From Patescibacteria group bacterium (GTDB lineage Bacteria > Patescibacteriota > Patescibacteriia > UBA2591 > UBA4787): a stretch of 64,000 bases of DNA. This document shows, in pieces, positions 58,256 through 64,000 of the stretch (the stretch's first letter is position 1; every line of letters begins with the position of its first letter). The notes under the pieces were generated by a model. That model had not been told where the DNA came from and made no database searches. It was given only the letters and a program-made list of their open reading frames with translations. The DNA is taken from positions 67,314 through 131,313 of the forward strand of contig JAQUSN010000001.1 of the NCBI GenBank assembly GCA_028715115.1, written 5' to 3'. The position numbers and the translations under genes are program-made.

Positions 58256-58651
58256 CTAGTGCTGGGTATTGGTATCAACGATTCTGGTAATCGCGTTCAT
58301 GATGAAAAGCGAAGCAGCGTAAGCAATGACGATAATGAACAAACCGATCACGCCGGCGCCCATTAACTTTTTGGCACCGCCAATCTTTTCTTCATTGCCG
58401 CCGGAGGTCATCCACTGGAAACCACCGATAATGATAATGACCACGGCAATTAGGCCAAGGAAGCCTAAAACCAAACGAACGATACGAGCAATAACCACGG
58501 TTAAGTCGGCATTGCTTAATTCAGTCTGTGTTTCAAACTGTTCCAATCCTTCGTTCATTGGAGGTAGGGCCATGACTATTAGAGGGGCCACCACCATAGC
58601 AGTTAAAGCTGTCGCGATAAGAACTTTTTTCATAGATCCTCTTCGCGCCAT
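58256..58651 (-). CDS. Small membrane protein, TrbC/VirB2-like (paralog 2)
   Basis: 131 aa; same IARIVRLVLGFLGLIAVVIIIIGGFQWMTSGGNEEKI core. A stretch of about 90 bp is nearly identical to paralog 1 at the DNA level. Confidence 0.45.
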   Translation of the reverse strand: MARRGSMKKVLIATALTAMVVAPLIVMALPPMNEGLEQFETQTELSNADLTVVIARIVRLVLGFLGLIAVVIIIIGGFQWMTSGGNEEKIGGAKKLMGAGVIGLFIIVIAYAASLFIMNAITRIVDTNTQH

Positions 58652-58775
58652 TAAGAAATAATGGCGTTTTTAATTAATTTTTAAAAATTAAGAGACTAAT
58701 TAAAAGACTATCTTATATTATTAATATTAAATTAAAATTTTACTTTGTCAATTATTTATCCACACCAGCCCTAAA

Positions 58776-59156
58776 TTAGGGGACTGGACTGACTGATCGG
58801 AAAATAATACTAAAGACAAAGTTAAGAATCGAATAACTGGCAAAAATCAAGGCCAGACCCAAGGCCGCCCAAACCATAGTATCGCGCCCACTTCTGATTT
58901 TATCTTCACTGCCGCCGGAGGTCATCCATTGAATACCACCCCAGATAAACATCACCAAGGCCAAAATTCCCAAAACATTTAAAACGCCGCGAATAATTCT
59001 GCCAATAATAAGCGATAAATCAGTCGTGCATAAAGGGTTGGGCAATTCCCCTGGACCAGCTGTACAACTAGCGGCCTCGGCGAAAACGGGAATGCCCGTC
59101 AAAGACAAAATGATAATTAAGCTAAATGATAAAACTATTTTTTGCCAATTCTTCAT
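58776..59156 (-). CDS. Small membrane protein, TrbC/VirB2-like (paralog 3)
   Basis: 126 aa; IGRIIRGVLNVLGILALVMFIWGGIQWMTSGGSEDKI core. Confidence 0.45.
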   Translation of the reverse strand: MKNWQKIVLSFSLIIILSLTGIPVFAEAASCTAGPGELPNPLCTTDLSLIIGRIIRGVLNVLGILALVMFIWGGIQWMTSGGSEDKIRSGRDTMVWAALGLALIFASYSILNFVFSIIFRSVSPVP

Positions 59157-59184
59157 AAAAATTATAATGAATCAAGTATTAAAT

Positions 59185-59862
59185 TTAATTACCGCATGGC
59201 TGAGCTGTATCACCGAATAAAACAGTGTTGGTAGTTTTATCCATTTTGCCATCCTGGCGATTACAGCTGGTGTTTTTTTCTTGAAAGGCCTTTAGCGCTG
59301 CTTTGGTTTGATCGCCAAAACAGCCATCAATAATCGGTTCTCCGCATTTAAAGGTGGTTAATTTCTGCTGAACGTTGCGAACGGCCGTGCTTTTACAGGG
59401 CACGTCCCAAACGCCGCTATCAACCACTGGGCATTCATTCCATTTTTCAAAACATTTTGGTTGTTGAAGCGAATATTCTTCGTCCACACCTAAAATTTTC
59501 ATAAAATTGAAGACGATTACATAGGCAGAAAGCACTATCACAATGCCGATGACGGCGCCGATAATGGCATTTTTACCGTCAGAAACTTTTTGCGCATTGC
59601 CAGCCGAAGTCATCCAAAGTATCCCGCCATAAATAAAAACCACCAAAGCGGCTACGCCCAAAAATTTTAAAATAATAGAGGCAATATTGATGGCAAATCG
59701 CTCAGCGCTAGTTAGGGTACATTCGCCGTTATCGCGACAATCTTCTATTCCAGACCAAAGATTAATCGATTGGGCCTGAGTGGTTTTTAAAATAAAAAAT
59801 AGGCCACCCACCACTAAAATTATCGCCATCAAAACAATAAATGTTTTTTGTTTATTAAACAT
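59185..59862 (-). CDS. TrbC/VirB2-like membrane protein (paralog 4) fused to a C-terminal Cys-rich putative peptidoglycan-binding domain
   Basis: 225 aa; VVFIYGGILWMTSAGNAQKV core; the C-terminal DGCFGDQTKAALKAFQEKN... matches the PG_binding_1 G.D..T..A...FQ pattern. Confidence 0.45.
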   Translation of the reverse strand: MFNKQKTFIVLMAIILVVGGLFFILKTTQAQSINLWSGIEDCRDNGECTLTSAERFAINIASIILKFLGVAALVVFIYGGILWMTSAGNAQKVSDGKNAIIGAVIGIVIVLSAYVIVFNFMKILGVDEEYSLQQPKCFEKWNECPVVDSGVWDVPCKSTAVRNVQQKLTTFKCGEPIIDGCFGDQTKAALKAFQEKNTSCNRQDGKMDKTTNTVLFGDTAQPCGN

Positions 59863-59866
59863 AATT

Positions 59867-60493
59867 TTACCTTTCTTCTATTAACGGCACGAAAATAAAA
59901 CCGGGAAATTTTTTAGTTTGATAGTCGGTTTGTGTTTTTCGTTCAATTATATATATCTCTTGTCTGTCTATGCCAACCGGCACGACAATACGGCCGCCAA
60001 TTCTTATTTGTGAAAAAAGTTGTTTTGGCAATTCAGCGGAGGCTGCGCCCACATGGATAATATCATAGGGTGCGAATTCGGGCAAGCCTTTCGAGCCATC
60101 GGCAGTCATAAAAACAGCTCGACCGCTGGAAACAAATTTATATTTTTCTGCATTCTGCTCGCCAAATTCTTTAAGTTCATTAATCCTTTCTAGGCCATAA
60201 ATCTTACCCTCTGGTCCGACGATTTCTGAAAATAAAGCTGTAGTCCAACCCGATCCAGAGCCAATGTCTAAGACCCTGTCTCCCCTTTTAGGTTGGCAAA
60301 GCTCCAACATAAAGGCTACTGTTGAGGGCTGGGAATTAGTTTGGCCATAACCAATTTCCTGTGGCACGTCTAAATCAGCCACGCCCCGATTCAAGGATAA
60401 AATAAAATCGGAACGTTTTATCCTTTTAAAAGCCTCGATAATAATCGAAGTTTTAAGAATATCTGATTGTATTAATTGTTCAGCTAAATCCAT
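59867..60493 (-). CDS. pcm: Protein-L-isoaspartate O-methyltransferase
   Basis: 208 aa; VLDIGSGSGWTTALFSEIVG motif I and the pre/post motifs of PCMT. Confidence 0.85.
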   Translation of the reverse strand: MDLAEQLIQSDILKTSIIIEAFKRIKRSDFILSLNRGVADLDVPQEIGYGQTNSQPSTVAFMLELCQPKRGDRVLDIGSGSGWTTALFSEIVGPEGKIYGLERINELKEFGEQNAEKYKFVSSGRAVFMTADGSKGLPEFAPYDIIHVGAASAELPKQLFSQIRIGGRIVVPVGIDRQEIYIIERKTQTDYQTKKFPGFIFVPLIEER

Positions 60494-60588
60494 AACTTTA
60501 TTGCTAGTGGAGTTGGCCCGCTTCGACTTGCGTTAAGCGAGGCAATTAATGAGAGACCTACCCGACAGTAGACAGGGTTTAATACCCC

Positions 60589-61107
60589 TTATTTTTGCAT
60601 AATTTCTTTAATTAGCCAAGTGGAAAAGAGGGCTATTAAGATTCCGCCCAACACATCAGAAGGATAATGCACGCCCCCAACCACGCGAGCCAGACCAATA
60701 ATAAGGGCCGAAATTACAAAAATTATTCCCAAAATTCTGTTAACTCGCCAAAAGTTAAGCGAAAAAACAAATCCTAAAATAGTATGGTTAGAGGGAAATG
60801 ACTGAGAGCTGGTGATGTTGATTAGCTGATCAGAGATTCTATAAACCAAAAACGGGCGGTGGCGGTGATAAAATAAACCGATTAATAAATAAACTAATTC
60901 TGCCAAGGCTAAACTTAGAATCAAACTTAATAAGGCCCGACCATATCTTACCTTTCTCGCTCGAGGCACTAAAAAATAGGACAAAACGGCGATCATCGGC
61001 AGAAAAGCAATCAAGAAATCAGCGAAAAAAATAATCAAACCGTCCAGCCATAAAGAATGCCCAGCTAAACCGTTTAAAAAATTAAAGATGTAATAATCTA
61101 AAGTCAT
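60589..61107 (-). CDS. PAP2-family phosphatase (undecaprenyl-diphosphatase-like)
   Basis: PSNHT and GGVHYPSDV PAP2 motifs. The likely start is the ATG at 61107, which overlaps the upstream stop as ATGA; the track ORF begins at 61212. Confidence 0.7.
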   Translation of the reverse strand: MTLDYYIFNFLNGLAGHSLWLDGLIIFFADFLIAFLPMIAVLSYFLVPRARKVRYGRALLSLILSLALAELVYLLIGLFYHRHRPFLVYRISDQLINITSSQSFPSNHTILGFVFSLNFWRVNRILGIIFVISALIIGLARVVGGVHYPSDVLGGILIALFSTWLIKEIMQK

Positions 61108-63494
61108 AAGGCCTTTTTTAATTTTAAGAATAAACCAAATAAAAACAAGGCCAAGGTCGCGGCGATAAAAATTAAATACTTCGTCGCCTGGCCGTTGGTT
61201 AATTTTAGCCAAAGATTGCCAATTGAAGAAGATAAATTATTTATTTCAGCATTTTTCCCTAAAGGTTCATCTGCTTCAACCGTCTCCATCACAGAATTAT
61301 TTTGAATAATTAAATCACTATTAAATCGCGGTAAAATTTTCCAACCGATCTGATCGGGCAATAAAATTCCTTGTGCTATAACTTCTTGACCTTCTTTAAA
61401 TATTTTTTTATCGATGTCTATTTTATTAGAAATAGAAACAACCACTTCGTCGTTGCCGTCGTCTATAAAAAACTTATTACCTTGTTTATCAATTAATTGC
61501 CCTTGAATTTTTACTAAACTACCAATCAAATCTTCATTTAAATCGCTAATGGTCGTCGATTTTACTTCTGCCGGCTGCCTAACGGAAACTATAACTAAAT
61601 CTTCGGGCTGTTTTATTTTTATGCGATGTTGTGATAAAACAGAAGACAACAAACCCTTAACTTCAACTAAGTCGCCAATTTCTAACGGCGGAAAATCGCA
61701 TCGCGAACAATAAACCTGCAAACCATTTAAATAAAAATATGTTTTGGCGAACATATTTGGCGGCGCGACAACTACGCCTTGAAAAATAATCTTATCATTT
61801 TCCGATAAATCGCTTAAATCAAATAATTCAATGGGCTTATAATCAGAATCACCGCCGGTTTGCTTAAAATTATCATCATTTTCTTCTCTTTCTTCATCCG
61901 AACTAAAAACATTAGCCAATCCCGGCGTAGGATTATTTGTGTAAGCCCAGGTGCCAAAAATATTTTTAGCATAACTGGCTCCCTTGGGCGAATCTTTATA
62001 GTCGATTTGTTCTTGAATGGTTTTATCGGGACGAATGAGGCGAACCGAATCAAAAGTATTATTAAGAATTAGTTTAGTTTGCTGGCGACCTAAAACTAAA
62101 TAATTTTGCGGGGAAATTTTAATGCCGCTGGTAACAATATAAGCGCGGCTGCCTCCTTCGCTATCGTCTAATTGCCAATTACTCAAATCAACTTCTGTTA
62201 AGCTTGGATTAAACAATTCCACCCACTCATTTTCGGCAGCGTCTTTAGGATTGGGCAAAAACTCAGAAATAAAAATTGACGACGTTAGACTTGCGGACTG
62301 CCCGTTTTCCTCACTGGCGGAAAGATCTAAATTATTTGCCTGGCCCGGGGTTGGAATCAAACTAAAATAAAAATCGTTTTTATCGTTATTAGTATCAATA
62401 CCGTTTTGTCGTCCGATAGATTTGCTTTTGCCGGGCCGCAGCGCATTGTCGTCCAGATTCCCATCTTCAAAATCACCGTAAGTAATTTTATCGATAATTG
62501 TTGATCCGTTCTTTAAAATTAAAACGTCACCGCTATTATTTAAAGTAAAAGTAAAATCACCGCTATCCAAAACCTTATATTGTTGAGGAGATAAAATAAT
62601 GTTCGACAAAATTTTTAGTTTAGCAGTATTGTCTTCAATGGTCCAATTATTTAAATCTATTACTTGGTTGGTTGAATTATAAAACTCCGTCCATTCTTTT
62701 TCGTTTTTAGTCAAATCCGGTTCAGGAAAAATTTCACTGATCAAAATGTCTCCCGATTTAATTTCGTATGGCGCACTTCCGCCACCGCCCCCGGAAGGCG
62801 GCATACCGCAATCAGCCGAACAATTCATCTGGTTTTCTCCTGATTCGCAAACGTCATTGCCGCAAACTGGTCCGACAATGGGCGGCGTGGAAGAAGCTTG
62901 TGAATTCTGCGGATTGGGCGTGGTTTGTAAGAAAAAATCATTAAAATTATTATCAGTATCTTCTCCGTTGCCATCGGACGCGCCAGGTTTTCTCTCTAAA
63001 CTTTGGCTAACTCCGGGATTAGCCGGAGTTGAGCTTGTCTCGCCCTCAAAGAAAGGATTAATATGCCTGGTTCCCCAAATTAAAGCATCGATTAAAACAT
63101 CGGTGTCGTCCAATAAACCAATACTATTATTATTGGCGATGGAGGCAGTACTTGTCTCATCGGCAGCAAGGCCCTGACCATAACCATCTTCCGAATTAGC
63201 CCAAAGAAAATGCCCATGAGCTGGGATAGATTTACCGCTAGAAAATACTTTTATAGAATATTCTGCGCCTGATTGGGTTCGTTTATGTAATTTCCACCCT
63301 CCGACATCAACCGCCGATTCGGTGGGATTATATACTTCTATAAAATCATTAGTGGTTTGATCTCCGGTAATCTGTGTTTCGCTAATAACCAAATGATTTG
63401 ACCAGTCAGCTTTAGCAAAATTAAAATAAAAAAAGCCGGAGCACAAAAAGACTCCGGTTAAAACAATCCTAAACGCTATGCTGGACTTGGGCAT
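61104..63494 (-). CDS. Large secreted protein with three lamin-tail-domain (LTD) repeats and a C-terminal TM anchor
   Basis: 796 aa; three segments of the form ISE(T/I/F)...NDFIE(V/F)YNP...VDL..W.L that are typical of LTD; C-terminal hydrophobic helix; N-terminal signal peptide. Confidence 0.65.
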   Translation of the reverse strand: MPKSSIAFRIVLTGVFLCSGFFYFNFAKADWSNHLVISETQITGDQTTNDFIEVYNPTESAVDVGGWKLHKRTQSGAEYSIKVFSSGKSIPAHGHFLWANSEDGYGQGLAADETSTASIANNNSIGLLDDTDVLIDALIWGTRHINPFFEGETSSTPANPGVSQSLERKPGASDGNGEDTDNNFNDFFLQTTPNPQNSQASSTPPIVGPVCGNDVCESGENQMNCSADCGMPPSGGGGGSAPYEIKSGDILISEIFPEPDLTKNEKEWTEFYNSTNQVIDLNNWTIEDNTAKLKILSNIILSPQQYKVLDSGDFTFTLNNSGDVLILKNGSTIIDKITYGDFEDGNLDDNALRPGKSKSIGRQNGIDTNNDKNDFYFSLIPTPGQANNLDLSASEENGQSASLTSSIFISEFLPNPKDAAENEWVELFNPSLTEVDLSNWQLDDSEGGSRAYIVTSGIKISPQNYLVLGRQQTKLILNNTFDSVRLIRPDKTIQEQIDYKDSPKGASYAKNIFGTWAYTNNPTPGLANVFSSDEEREENDDNFKQTGGDSDYKPIELFDLSDLSENDKIIFQGVVVAPPNMFAKTYFYLNGLQVYCSRCDFPPLEIGDLVEVKGLLSSVLSQHRIKIKQPEDLVIVSVRQPAEVKSTTISDLNEDLIGSLVKIQGQLIDKQGNKFFIDDGNDEVVVSISNKIDIDKKIFKEGQEVIAQGILLPDQIGWKILPRFNSDLIIQNNSVMETVEADEPLGKNAEINNLSSSIGNLWLKLTNGQATKYLIFIAATLALFLFGLFLKLKKAL

Positions 63495-63499
63495 AAAAT

Positions 63500-63880
63500 C
63501 TATCTAAAGAAATAGTCCCACCAATTGATTGGATTAATTTGCTGAAATTGTTTTTTATCTATTTGAGAATTTTTATCTTTCTCGGGAATAATTATAGCCA
63601 CTTTTTCATCCGGCCTCTGCAGGCCGAATTTGAGACGAGCCTCTCTTTCCTTATAGAAGTCCGTATTAGCCTGCATTAATAAATTATTTAGCTGGCCGTT
63701 TTTTTCTTCCAAGGCCACGATATTCTTTTCTAAATCTCTTATTTGAGACCTGATGGATAAAAATTTTATCGTCTGCTTGCCCAGGGCTATTAAACAAAAA
63801 ATGAAAATAACGGCCAAAAGAATAGTAAGGTTCGTAGAAGAAAAAAACATTTTTAGTCCGTTATTTTTTCTGTCCTTCAT
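63500..63880 (-). CDS. Septum formation initiator (FtsB/DivIC-like)
   Basis: 126 aa; N-terminal TM helix followed by a coiled-coil region (RSQIRDLEKNIVALEEKNGQLNNLL). Confidence 0.55.
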   Translation of the reverse strand: MKDRKNNGLKMFFSSTNLTILLAVIFIFCLIALGKQTIKFLSIRSQIRDLEKNIVALEEKNGQLNNLLMQANTDFYKEREARLKFGLQRPDEKVAIIIPEKDKNSQIDKKQFQQINPINWWDYFFR

Positions 63881-64000
63881 ATATAATAATTTTACTGCTC
63901 TTTTTTATTAAAAAGACTGCGCCAAACCTGTCGATCAAAGCCCTTTAAATAGTATAAACAAATAAGATAAATCAGCCAAGCTAAGCCGGTTAATATAAAT

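Overview
This 64 kb window looks like part of a low-GC (about 35% by eye) Patescibacteria/CPR-like bacterial genome; that placement is an inference from gene content and cannot be confirmed without a database search. Gene density is high and most genes lie on the minus strand.

Housekeeping genes that I recognise with confidence:
- chaperonins groEL and groES, and secG
- PEP synthase, enolase and two tandem 2,3-bisphosphoglycerate-independent phosphoglycerate mutase (iPGM) paralogs
- tRNA-Leu(CAG) directly followed by trpS
- the ribosome-assembly GTPase der, the peptidyl-tRNA hydrolase pth, and the isoaspartyl methyltransferase pcm
- xth (exonuclease III) next to an ECF sigma factor
- the 5' (N-terminal) part of a copper/heavy-metal P-type ATPase running off the window start, preceded by a CsoR repressor gene (a candidate operator palindrome lies upstream of csoR)

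Cell-envelope content is extensive:
- a major type IV pilin gene followed immediately by an O-antigen-ligase-like/TPR membrane protein (the pilA-tfpO arrangement known from Pseudomonas)
- a glycan-modification cluster after that: two GT2 enzymes, three SAM methyltransferases, a B12-binding radical SAM protein and two membrane proteins of unknown function (one possibly GT-C-like)
- the prepilin peptidase PilD and four minor pilins/pseudopilins
- large LamG/FN3 surface proteins, a protein with lamin tail domains (LTD), an S-layer-like protein, and a second glycosylation module made of GT-C-like membrane proteins plus a GT2
- a tandem array of four related small TrbC/VirB2-like membrane proteins

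The most unusual feature is a set of five short GC-rich islands (about 55-60% GC by eye) embedded in this AT-rich background:
- each holds one or two genes for exported proteins (signal peptides, one lipoprotein)
- two of the proteins end in T9SS-type C-terminal sorting domain-like tails that should have no function in a cell without an outer membrane
- each island has its own AT-rich consensus sigma70 promoter and strong ribosome-binding site, and each is bounded by perfect GC-rich hairpin terminators
- two of the islands have +1 frameshifts inside G/C homopolymer tracts
- several share DNA motifs near their promoters: an 18-26 bp exact repeat, TTGAC-N4-GTCAA palindromes, and 17-23 bp direct repeats

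I read this as a family of horizontally acquired secreted-protein cassettes, possibly phase-variable, under a shared regulatory scheme.
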